Shown: positions 1-8,054 of the stretch, piece after piece
Position numbering within the stretch: the stretch's first letter is position 1
Layout: each line of letters opens with the position of its first letter
Source of the DNA: Candidatus Nomurabacteria bacterium RIFCSPLOWO2_01_FULL_33_17
GTDB lineage: Bacteria; Patescibacteriota; Minisyncoccia; Phycocordibacterales; UBA9973
Length of the DNA stretch: 35,961 nt
Direction: 5' to 3'
NCBI GenBank assembly: GCA_001786995.1
Contig: MFUO01000004.1
Span: 1 to 35,961 of the forward strand
The notes under the pieces: model-generated
Told to the model about the DNA's origin: nothing
What the model saw: the letters and a program-made list of their open reading frames with translations, nothing else
Databases searched by the model: none
Made by a program: the position numbers and the translations under genes

Positions 1-317
1 TAGTCCAATCCTGTTTCCCCTATAGCTACAACTTTTTCATTTTTAGCTAATTCCAAATATTTCTCATAATCAAAAACCTCATCCGGATTACCTGCCTGTC
101 CGGTAGGCAGGTCATTCGGGTGTTGCCCTACAGTCGCCCATAAAATATCAGGACGATCATTGGCCATTTCAACTGCTAATTTAGATGTCTCATAATCAGT
201 CCCAACAGTAATTGTCCCAATACCTGCATCTCGCATATTCTGTATTATCTGGTCTTTATTTTCCAAAAGTGGCGAAAGGTTTAAATGCGAATGAATGTCG
301 ATGTAATTTAGCTTCAT
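1..317 (-). CDS. TatD-family metal-dependent hydrolase, N-terminal ~105 aa (gene continues beyond the left window edge)
   Basis: Own minus-strand translation from ATG at 315-317 gives MKLNYIDIHSHLNLSP...WATVGQHPNDLPTGQAGNPDEVFDYEKYLELAKNEKVVAIGETGLD. It has the HxH metal motif and the GETGLD motif of TatD/YabD. It is missing from the ORF track because the window holds no stop codon for it. Confidence 0.75.
   Translation of the reverse strand, partial: MKLNYIDIHSHLNLSPLLENKDQIIQNMRDAGIGTITVGTDYETSKLAVEMANDRPDILWATVGQHPNDLPTGQAGNPDEVFDYEKYLELAKNEKVVAIGETGLD
87..113. repeat. 27-nt palindromic module in frame in the tatD-like gene
   Basis: attacctgcctgtccggtaggcaggtc, with stem cctgcc/ggcagg. 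It encodes DLPTGQAGN. Confidence 0.7.
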
Positions 318-339
318 GTTATTTGTATGTACCCCCACC

Positions 340-1812
340 TTATTCTTTCCTTAAAAACAACGGATGCTCGGGTTTTTTATTTTGTTTTATTAATTCTTGA
401 ATCTTTTGTGAAGTTTCAGGTAAAAATGATTTTAACATTTCTGAAATATTATATAATTCTAAAACCATTTCGGAAATTAATTCTTTGCCTTTTTGTTCAT
501 CTACTTTCACTACTTTGAATGGCTCCGACTCTTGGATTTTTTTATCTAAATCTTGAATTTTATCCCATATAAAATCCATAGCATGTTTAATTTCAAATTT
601 TCCCAAATAATCCGAAAGTTCTTGAGATATTAAATTTTCAGAAAGTTCTATATGATCATCTAGGTATTTTTCTGAAAGAGTGAGAATACGCGATGTTAAA
701 TTTCCTAGTCCATTTGCAAGTCCTGAATTATAGGCATCTTTAAATCTTTCAATTGTAAATGGTGAATCTTCAAAATTTGAAATTTCACGAAGTAAAAAAT
801 ATCGCAAAGCATCCGTATTGTAATCTTCCACGATAGTACGAGGATCAACTACATTACCAAGTGTTTTACTCATTTTTATCCCTGCATCACCTGTTATGAA
901 TCCATTTACTACTATTTGATATGAATTGGGCACACTGGCGGCCATTAACATGGCTTGCCACATTGCACCCTGAAAGCGTGTATTGTCTTTGCCACAATAC
1001 TGCGTTGGAGTGCCATTCACCCAGTATTTTTCAAATAAACCCAACCCCTCCTCAGTCCTCCCCTTATCAAGGGAGGAAGTAGAACCCCACCCCAGTGTAT
1101 TTATATAATTCGTCAATGCGTCAAACCATACGTACATGACTTGTGTATCATCACCCGGTACAGGTATACCCCATGGCATTTTTTCAACCTTGCGTGAAAT
1201 TGAAAAATCTTGCAAGCCACTTGAAACAAAGTTTTTAATTTCATTAAATCTAAAATCAGGAATTATAAAACTTGAGTTTTTTTCATAAAATTCTAAAAGT
1301 TTTTCACCAAATTCAGAATATTTAAAAAAATAATTTTCTTCTTCAATTTTTTGAAGCTCGACTCCAAGATGATCAGGGCAAAATCCGTCATCATTCAATT
1401 CACTGTCAGTTTTTTCTGATTCGCAACCAACACAATACTTTGCTTCATAATTTTTTTTATAAATATAACCATTATTATAAACTATTTTCCAAAATTCTTG
1501 TGCTCCCATTTCGTGTTTCTTGTCAGTTGTACGGATAAAATGTGCATCAGAACTTATTCCAAATATTTCAAGTTGTTTTTTAAATGTTTCAAAACCAGAA
1601 TCAACAAAATCTTGAACATTAAGACCTGCTTCCCGTGCTTTTTCATAAATTTTTATACCATGCTCATCAGTACCAGTATTAAAAAATACATCAAAACCAA
1701 TTGATTTTTTATATCGTGCTATTGTATCAGCTCGAATAAATTCTAAAGCATGCCCCATATGTAATGGAGCGTTAACATAAGGTAGTGTCGTTGTAATATA
1801 AAAAGGCTTCAT
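340..1812 (-). CDS. metG: methionine--tRNA ligase (short form, no C-terminal tRNA-binding domain)
   Basis: 490-aa ORF with class I HIGH-type motif (PLHMGHALE), KMSKT motif, a Cys knuckle (CVGCESE...CPDH) and the conserved WFDALTNY segment. Confidence 0.95.
   Translation of the reverse strand: MKPFYITTTLPYVNAPLHMGHALEFIRADTIARYKKSIGFDVFFNTGTDEHGIKIYEKAREAGLNVQDFVDSGFETFKKQLEIFGISSDAHFIRTTDKKHEMGAQEFWKIVYNNGYIYKKNYEAKYCVGCESEKTDSELNDDGFCPDHLGVELQKIEEENYFFKYSEFGEKLLEFYEKNSSFIIPDFRFNEIKNFVSSGLQDFSISRKVEKMPWGIPVPGDDTQVMYVWFDALTNYINTLGWGSTSSLDKGRTEEGLGLFEKYWVNGTPTQYCGKDNTRFQGAMWQAMLMAASVPNSYQIVVNGFITGDAGIKMSKTLGNVVDPRTIVEDYNTDALRYFLLREISNFEDSPFTIERFKDAYNSGLANGLGNLTSRILTLSEKYLDDHIELSENLISQELSDYLGKFEIKHAMDFIWDKIQDLDKKIQESEPFKVVKVDEQKGKELISEMVLELYNISEMLKSFLPETSQKIQELIKQNKKPEHPLFLRKE
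1041..1093. repeat. GC-rich hairpin repeat embedded in frame in metG
   Basis: ccaacccctcctcagtcctccccttatcaagggaggaagtagaaccccaccc is about 60% GC, with stem tcctccc/gggagga at 1056-1077. It encodes GWGSTSSLDKGRTEEGLG. Confidence 0.75.
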
Positions 1813-2931
1813 TTAAGAATTATCTGTATTTAATTTGCGAATCAAATCTTTCTTAGTTTCAACATCATTCATTAATTCTAATAAGAACAATGATATAGGC
1901 ATTGCTAATACAAGACCCCAAAAACCAGCAAGCTGACCACCAATCAAAAGCGCTAAAATAACCATTAGTGGTGATATACCCGTTGTTTTTTTATTCATTA
2001 ATGGCACAAAGACATATCCTTCTAATTGTTGAAGTAAAAAATAAAACAAAATAACTATCAATCCAAGCTGTAAACCACCTGATGAAAAACCAGCCAAAGC
2101 TGCAGGAATGGTTGCGAAAATCATACCAAAAGGAATAAGTTCACAAACCATTGTTAAAATTGCTAATATTAATGCATACGGAACATTTAGTAAATAAAGT
2201 ACGACAAATGTAATAATTGCTATTAAAATAGCCAGAAGCATTTGTCCTCGAAACCAAAGTGTAATTTTACGAGTTGATCGTTGCCATAAATCCAAGATAT
2301 AAACTTCATATTTTAAAGGAACTACGATTTTTAAGAATCCTTCTATGCCACGCTCTTGAATTGAAAGATAAAATGACAAAACAAAAATCAGAACTAGATT
2401 AGCAAGACTACCAAACAATGTTTGGACAATACCATAAAATGCACCAGAAATATTATTAATCAGAGCTTTTGTAGTAGTTGCAACTTGAGCTACTGGTAAT
2501 TCTTGGCCGATAGTATTTATAAAATTATTAATACTTTTAATTGCATTTGGGTCAATAATTGTTTGTAATTTATCAGCTGGAACATATTTTACAAGGGTAT
2601 TTAACGCATGAGAGATTTCTGAAAAAAGTGTTGGTAATACAATATAAGCTATACCCAAAAGACCAATTATCATAAATAAAAAGACTAAAACTACACTAAG
2701 AGTTCTTGGGAATTTATAGCGTTTTAAACGATGAGCAATAGCATCTACAAAACTTGCAATTACAATTGAAACAAGTAATAGGAAAAGTAAATTACGAATC
2801 TTGTATAATAAAAAACCTAAAACTATAAACAATATAATACGTAATATCGTTCCTGTAGTTATATTCACATGTATACTTTTATGGTCTAAACTCATAACTA
2901 AACTATACCATAGATTTGGCAAATTATCCAA
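1813..2931 (-). CDS. AI-2E family transporter (PerM-like permease)
   Basis: 372-aa multi-pass membrane ORF with the typical AI-2E/UPF0118 layout (WFRGQ..., C-terminal GxxGxxLAxP). The metG start codon immediately follows its stop codon, with no intergenic gap. Confidence 0.8.
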   Translation of the reverse strand: MDNLPNLWYSLVMSLDHKSIHVNITTGTILRIILFIVLGFLLYKIRNLLFLLLVSIVIASFVDAIAHRLKRYKFPRTLSVVLVFLFMIIGLLGIAYIVLPTLFSEISHALNTLVKYVPADKLQTIIDPNAIKSINNFINTIGQELPVAQVATTTKALINNISGAFYGIVQTLFGSLANLVLIFVLSFYLSIQERGIEGFLKIVVPLKYEVYILDLWQRSTRKITLWFRGQMLLAILIAIITFVVLYLLNVPYALILAILTMVCELIPFGMIFATIPAALAGFSSGGLQLGLIVILFYFLLQQLEGYVFVPLMNKKTTGISPLMVILALLIGGQLAGFWGLVLAMPISLFLLELMNDVETKKDLIRKLNTDNS

Positions 2932-2932
2932 G

Positions 2933-4195
2933 CTATATTTTTAAAATAGTTTTATCAAGTTTTACCCCATCAGGCCCAACGATGGCAAGCCTAAGATTCT
3001 CGGATTTTATTATTTCTTTGGCTATTTTTTGGATGTCTTTTGGTTTTACAGATAAAATCTCTTTTTCTTTGTCTTTCATTGTTTTTATTTCATTTTTTAA
3101 AATCAATTGCTGCCCATAAAATCCAGCTATATCGTCACTTGATTCTAAGCCCAATTTCATATTCCCTATTAATGAATTTTGTACTTTTTTAAGCTCTTTA
3201 TCTCCCACTAACTCAATTGTTAATTTTTTTAATTCAGAAATTAAAACTTTTATAACTTCTTGTAATCTTCCTGTTGTTACACCAGCATTAATTACAAACA
3301 TGCCTGTTTCATGTCTTGCAGTTATACCCGAGCTAACATAATAACAAACACCCATTTCTTCACGCAATTTGTTAAATAGTCTTGAAGACATACCTGCCCC
3401 AAGAATAGCCGACAATATGCGTAATGTTTTATTTTTAGGATTATTCCGTCCATATGATTTTAATCCTAACATCATATGAATTTGATCTGTCTTTTTATTT
3501 TTTATTTTAATTTTTGTTTTATCTTGTATAAAAGATTTTAATTTTTTATTTGGATTTTTATTATTTAATTTACCAAAAGTATTTTCTATTTCTTTGTAAA
3601 CTATTTTAGTATCAATATTGCCAGTTACAACTACCACTGTATTAGGTGCAGTATATTGGGCATTTTTATATTTAACAAAATCATCTCTTTTCATATTTTT
3701 AACAGTTGTATGAGTACCAGCAATATTTCGTCCCGATGGGGTATCCCCATAAACAAGCTCGTCAAATACATCATGGACAAGTCTCGCTGGCATGTCTTCA
3801 TACATATTTATTTCTTCAATTATTACACCTTTTTCTTTCTCAATTTCTTTTTCCGGGAAAATCGAATTCAAATATACATCCCCAACAACATCTAATAATT
3901 TTTTAAAATGTTTAGAATCACCTTTGGCATAATAACCTGTCATTTCATGATCAGTAAAAGCATTGTATTGGCAACCAAGCATGTCTAATTCATGTGAAAT
4001 AATACTTACATTTGGGCGTTTAACAGTACCCTTGAAGCACATATGCTCTAAAAAGTGCGAGACTCCACCTAAATCCTTGGTCTCATAATCTGACCCTGTA
4101 CCTACCAAAACCAAAACTGTAACTGTTGGATTATCCTTCATAGGGACAGTAACCACACGCAATCCATTTTTTAATGTGTTTAAATTATATTTCAT
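2933..4195 (-). CDS. M16-family (pitrilysin/insulinase-like) zinc peptidase
   Basis: 420-aa ORF with the inverted zinc motif HFLEH (HxxEH) near the N-terminus and two M16-like halves. Confidence 0.85.
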   Translation of the reverse strand: MKYNLNTLKNGLRVVTVPMKDNPTVTVLVLVGTGSDYETKDLGGVSHFLEHMCFKGTVKRPNVSIISHELDMLGCQYNAFTDHEMTGYYAKGDSKHFKKLLDVVGDVYLNSIFPEKEIEKEKGVIIEEINMYEDMPARLVHDVFDELVYGDTPSGRNIAGTHTTVKNMKRDDFVKYKNAQYTAPNTVVVVTGNIDTKIVYKEIENTFGKLNNKNPNKKLKSFIQDKTKIKIKNKKTDQIHMMLGLKSYGRNNPKNKTLRILSAILGAGMSSRLFNKLREEMGVCYYVSSGITARHETGMFVINAGVTTGRLQEVIKVLISELKKLTIELVGDKELKKVQNSLIGNMKLGLESSDDIAGFYGQQLILKNEIKTMKDKEKEILSVKPKDIQKIAKEIIKSENLRLAIVGPDGVKLDKTILKI

Positions 4196-4212
4196 AAAGC
4201 GAGTATAGCATG

Positions 4213-4446
4213 CTATAGAAAATATCTAAATATTGCAATCAATGTAACGGTTATCCAAAATATTTCTAAAAATACATTAGAATAATTCTTATCTTTAAGA
4301 ACTCTAATACCCAAAAATACCCCAGCCAAAAGATTTGGAATTAAATACGACAATGAATCTGCACTGATAACACCAAAAACATTTAACATATATGTCACCA
4401 TTAAAAGTAATGTCCCCGCCCAGCCAATTATTTTAATATAATTCAT
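4213..4446 (-). CDS. small 3-TM membrane protein
   Basis: 77-aa ORF that is hydrophobic throughout, tightly packed between neighbouring genes. No family assigned. Confidence 0.5.
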   Translation of the reverse strand: MNYIKIIGWAGTLLLMVTYMLNVFGVISADSLSYLIPNLLAGVFLGIRVLKDKNYSNVFLEIFWITVTLIAIFRYFL

Positions 4447-4453
4447 ATGTAAA

Positions 4454-5020
4454 TTAAAAAAATTTTAAAATTTCTGATAATTCTTTTACACTATCATCTT
4501 CAGTAAAATGACCTTTATTTTTTAAAATTGTAACTTTAGCATTTAATTTTTCTTCAAAAATTTTCTTATTTTCTTCTACATAACCAAAAGGTTCATTACT
4601 CGATAGTAGAACTTGAATCTTAGGACAAATATTTTTGACACGATCAAAATTAATTGGGGTCTCTAACCATGGACGTGCAATATTTATTATCTCCTCACCT
4701 TCCTCTGCTAATCCATCTAATTTCAACCAACCAGCAACAAACACAATTTTATTAATTTTTGTATTTTCAGATAGTGTCATTAAATATCGCATAATTGTCT
4801 GAGACCCAATACTGTGCCCAATTAAACAAATATCATCATCCGGTGTTCCAATAATTTCACTCAATTTTGAAACCCATTTATTAATATCTGGTTTATCGGT
4901 TTCGGGCATAATTGGTATAAAAACTTGATAGCCCTTAATTTGTAGCTCATTTAAAACCCACTGATACCAATCACTATTAGGTGTCCCACCCCAACGATGG
5001 ATTATAAAAATTCTTTTCAT
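4454..5020 (-). CDS. YdeN/RBBP9-type alpha/beta serine hydrolase
   Basis: 188-aa ORF with IIHRWGG start, nucleophile elbow GHSIG, and C-terminal GHF. These are typical of the Ser_hydrolase (YdeN) family. Confidence 0.75.
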   Translation of the reverse strand: MKRIFIIHRWGGTPNSDWYQWVLNELQIKGYQVFIPIMPETDKPDINKWVSKLSEIIGTPDDDICLIGHSIGSQTIMRYLMTLSENTKINKIVFVAGWLKLDGLAEEGEEIINIARPWLETPINFDRVKNICPKIQVLLSSNEPFGYVEENKKIFEEKLNAKVTILKNKGHFTEDDSVKELSEILKFF

Positions 5021-5061
5021 ATATTAAATCTTACCATAATGAAACTTTTTATAAAACATAT

Positions 5062-5095
5062 ATAACGAACTATCACGACCGTGATAGTTCGTTAT
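5062..5095. promoter_or_regulatory. perfect 16+2+16 palindrome ataacgaactatcacg-ac-cgtgatagttcgttat (candidate operator and/or terminator hairpin)
   Basis: Read directly from the sequence. It lies between the regulator stop (5112) and the hydrolase start (5020). It shares the core TATCACG-N2-CGTGA and the outer ATAAC/GTTAT with the palindrome at 5604-5637. Confidence 0.6.
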
Positions 5096-5111
5096 CAAAA
5101 TTATTTAAATA

Positions 5112-5594
5112 TTATATTTTAATTTTAACGGCACTAAAAATTTTTATATTCTTTTTAATACCAAGTAGCTCTAAATGATTTTTAAAATTGTCAGTCAATT
5201 TACCTTTTCCAAACCAAACGCTTTGTTGAATCATTATAAAACCCCATAACTTTAATTGTTTGCGTAACCAGTCACGAATCTTTCTTTTTTCTTCTGGAAT
5301 ATCAAACATAACCATAACACCATCTGTATTTTCTTCTTTTTTAAAATACGTTGAAGTACTCTTAGCATTTATATATTTCTTATGATCAAGAACAATATCA
5401 TCTTTGATTAATTTAATAAAACCTTGTTTTTTTAACCTATACAAACTTTGAGAAAATGCTTGTTTTTTTTGTTTATCTCTTCCTTCAACAAGATTTCGGA
5501 GTATTTTTGTTTGTAAAGACTTTGATTTACATGACAAAAGATGACTTATTATTAACTCAGTAAAAGTTGCTCTTTCCCAATATGGTTGTTTCAT
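5112..5594 (-). CDS. winged-helix plus Cas2-fold (PaaX-like) putative transcriptional regulator
   Basis: The C-terminal VMFDIPEEKRKIRDWLRKQLKLWGFIMIQQSVWFG matches the Cas2-like ferredoxin module of PaaX-type regulators. The N-terminal half looks like a wHTH. I prefer the ATG at 5594 (MKQPYWE...) over the track's GTG at 5618, which lies inside the upstream palindrome. Confidence 0.6.
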   Translation of the reverse strand: MKQPYWERATFTELIISHLLSCKSKSLQTKILRNLVEGRDKQKKQAFSQSLYRLKKQGFIKLIKDDIVLDHKKYINAKSTSTYFKKEENTDGVMVMFDIPEEKRKIRDWLRKQLKLWGFIMIQQSVWFGKGKLTDNFKNHLELLGIKKNIKIFSAVKIKI

Positions 5595-5603
5595 TTTTCT
5601 ATT

Positions 5604-5637
5604 ATAACTATTTATCACGGTCGTGACAAATAGTTAT
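5604..5637. promoter_or_regulatory. 34-bp near-perfect palindrome ataactatttatcacg-gt-cgtgacaaatagttat (candidate operator)
   Basis: Read directly from the sequence. It sits in the divergent region between the regulator (start 5594) and the GT2 gene (start 5676). It has the same length and architecture as 5062-5095. Confidence 0.6.
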
Positions 5638-5660
5638 CAGATTTTTAATCATTTAAAAAG

Positions 5661-5669
5661 TGCTATAAT
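5661..5669 (+). promoter_or_regulatory. extended -10 element TGcTATAAT for the GT2 gene
   Basis: tgctataat ends 6 nt before the ATG at 5676, so the predicted transcription start falls on or next to the start codon. This suggests a possible leaderless mRNA. Confidence 0.4.
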
Positions 5670-5675
5670 ATATTT

Positions 5676-6386
5676 ATGAAAATTTCTGTACTAATAGTTG
5701 CACATAACGAGGAAGAATACATTGGAAAATGCTTGGAAAGTATTTTAAACCAAAGTCAAAAACCAGATGAGATTATTTTAATAGCTCATAATTGTACTGA
5801 CAAAACTATACAAATTTCTAAAAATTATCCAACTATAAAAACTATAGAATACAACGGGCCTGCTGGTATACCATATGCACGCATAAAGGGTTTTGAAATT
5901 GTTAATGGTGATATAATTTGTTGTATTGATGGAGATGCATATGCACATAAAAATTGGCTAAAAAACATTATAAAGCCATTAATAAAAAATAATAAAATCA
6001 CAATTGTTGGCGGACGACTTATTATGACAAATAATATTTTATGGAGACTAGAAATGATCGGCCAATTTATACGCCGAAAATTTTTAAACGATGAAATTTC
6101 ACAATTTGCATCTGGTGGAAATTTTGCTTGTCGAAAAATTGATTATGAAAAAGTTGGTGGAATAAAACCAATTATAGAACTAAAAGATAAACTGAATTTA
6201 TATTTTTGGGCCGAAGATTACTATCTTTCTCAAGCTTTACGTCAAATAGGAAAGTTCCACATTGCATGGAATGCATTGGTTTATACCAAAATGTCGCCCG
6301 AGCAAGAACCAATAAAAATTCAACCGAAATTAATAAAAAAATGGAATCATGATAATAATGCAATATTAAATTATTTTAAAAAATGA
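5676..6386 (+). CDS. family 2 glycosyltransferase
   Basis: 236-aa ORF with the typical GT2 N-terminus (ISVLIVAHNEEEYIGKCLESILNQ) and a DGD (DxD) motif. Confidence 0.85.
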   Translation: MKISVLIVAHNEEEYIGKCLESILNQSQKPDEIILIAHNCTDKTIQISKNYPTIKTIEYNGPAGIPYARIKGFEIVNGDIICCIDGDAYAHKNWLKNIIKPLIKNNKITIVGGRLIMTNNILWRLEMIGQFIRRKFLNDEISQFASGGNFACRKIDYEKVGGIKPIIELKDKLNLYFWAEDYYLSQALRQIGKFHIAWNALVYTKMSPEQEPIKIQPKLIKKWNHDNNAILNYFKK

Positions 6387-6388
6387 TC

Positions 6389-6628
6389 TTAATCCTCATC
6401 ATCTAAATCTAAATCAATTTCATCTTCATCTCCTAATATAGTTTCAGGGTATTTTTTTTCTTGCTCATCTCCTTCTTCTAATTCTATATCTTCTTCTTTA
6501 ACTAATTGCTCTAAAGTTTTGTTTGGTATATCTGATTCTATCTCTTCATCATTAAAAAAATCATCATCTTTTTTAACAAATTCAGGGTCAGAATGATGAT
6601 TTTCTAAATTTTCTGGTGCCATATTCAA
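6389..6628 (-). CDS. small highly acidic protein (D/E-rich), unknown function
   Basis: 79-aa ORF dominated by Asp/Glu. It begins 6 nt after the glyQS stop. Confidence 0.45.
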   Translation of the reverse strand: MNMAPENLENHHSDPEFVKKDDDFFNDEEIESDIPNKTLEQLVKEEDIELEEGDEQEKKYPETILGDEDEIDLDLDDED

Positions 6629-6634
6629 TAAAGA

Positions 6635-8020
6635 TTAACTTTTAAATTTATTTTGTAAATACACAACGAGTTCACTAATTGATACTCTTTCTTGCTCCAT
6701 TGTATCGCGTTCTCGTACTGTTACCATATTATCGTTGATAGAATCAAAGTCATAAGTAATACAATATGGTGTCCCGATTTCATCTTGTCTTCTGTATCTT
6801 TTGCCAATGCTTTGGGTTTCATCATATTGACACATAAAATTATCTGAGAGTTCTTCGAACAAACTACTTGCTGGAATAGACAATTCATCTTTTTTAGATA
6901 GTGGTAATATTGCAATTTGAATTGGGGCTATGTGTTTCGGAATACGAAGAACTATACGCATATCATCTCCAACTTGCTCTTCGGTATAACTTTGGCACAA
7001 AATTGCTAAAAATAACCTACCAACACCAATACTGGACTCGATAATATGCGGTAGAAAATGTTCTTTTTTTTCTTCATCAAAATATTCTAATTTTTGCCCA
7101 CTGTATGTACTGTGTTGAGTTAAATCATAATTTCCACGTGCATGAATACCTTCTAATTCTTTAAAACCAAACGGGTATTTAAATTCAATGTCATACGCTT
7201 CGCGTGCATAAAAAACCAAATTTTCATGTTTGTGCCATTGCAAATTTTCTGGCTTTATTCCAAGAGACAACAATGATTTCCATCGAAATTCTTTTAAGGC
7301 TTCATACTCAACCATTTCTTCTTCCGGCCTTACAAAATATTGCATCTCCATTTGTTCAAATTCTCGAGTTCGAAAAATAAATTGTCGCGCTGAAATTTCA
7401 TTTCTAAAGGCTTTACCAATTTGTGCAATGCCATATGGAATTTTTTGACTTGTGGTATCTAAAACATTTTTATAATTCAAATATATACCTTGGCATGTTT
7501 CCCCACGAAGATATGTTGGATTATCATTTTGTTCTGTAAAATCTCCAAGATTTGATTTAACAAGTAAATTAAAATATTTGGCTTCGCTATATTCATCTAT
7601 ATTAAAACCTGTTTTTTTTAAAGCTACAGAATTTTTTTGTAAAAGTTCATTAATTTCTTCGATACTCATTTTTTCATCAGCTACAACACCAATCTCTTCT
7701 AAAATATGATCAGCCCTGACCCTGTTTCCATTTTTCTTATTTTCCATCAAAGGATCCGAAAATCCAGAAACATGACCCGAGGCTTCCCAAACTTTGGGTG
7801 ACATAAATATACCAGAATCAAGACCAACAATATCGGGTCTTTTTTGAACCATATTTTTCCACCAATGATTCTTTATATTATTTGCCAGAAGTACGCCTAT
7901 TGGCCCATAATCATAAACACCGCTAAAACCACCATATATTTCACTGGATGGGTAAATAAACCCTCGTCTTTTAGTTAAATTAACTACTTTTTCAAATAAG
8001 TCTACATTTTCTTCTTCCAT
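6635..8020 (-). CDS. glyQS: glycine--tRNA ligase (homodimeric GlyQS type)
   Basis: Has RRGFIYPSSEIYGG, class II motifs and a C-terminal anticodon-binding region. The ATG at 8020 (MEEENVDLFEK...) is preferred. The track's start at 8074 would overlap the upstream gene by 20 nt. Confidence 0.9.
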   Translation of the reverse strand: MEEENVDLFEKVVNLTKRRGFIYPSSEIYGGFSGVYDYGPIGVLLANNIKNHWWKNMVQKRPDIVGLDSGIFMSPKVWEASGHVSGFSDPLMENKKNGNRVRADHILEEIGVVADEKMSIEEINELLQKNSVALKKTGFNIDEYSEAKYFNLLVKSNLGDFTEQNDNPTYLRGETCQGIYLNYKNVLDTTSQKIPYGIAQIGKAFRNEISARQFIFRTREFEQMEMQYFVRPEEEMVEYEALKEFRWKSLLSLGIKPENLQWHKHENLVFYAREAYDIEFKYPFGFKELEGIHARGNYDLTQHSTYSGQKLEYFDEEKKEHFLPHIIESSIGVGRLFLAILCQSYTEEQVGDDMRIVLRIPKHIAPIQIAILPLSKKDELSIPASSLFEELSDNFMCQYDETQSIGKRYRRQDEIGTPYCITYDFDSINDNMVTVRERDTMEQERVSISELVVYLQNKFKS

Positions 8021-8054
8021 TAAACGATTATACCATAATTTTTTTATAGGAGTA

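Noticed and set aside
212-518. Track ORFs 212-400(+) and 327-518(+)
   Set aside because: They lie antisense to or overlapping the tatD-like gene and the metG 3' end. Their sequence is low-complexity and AT-codon driven with no motifs. The real genes occupy the opposite strand.
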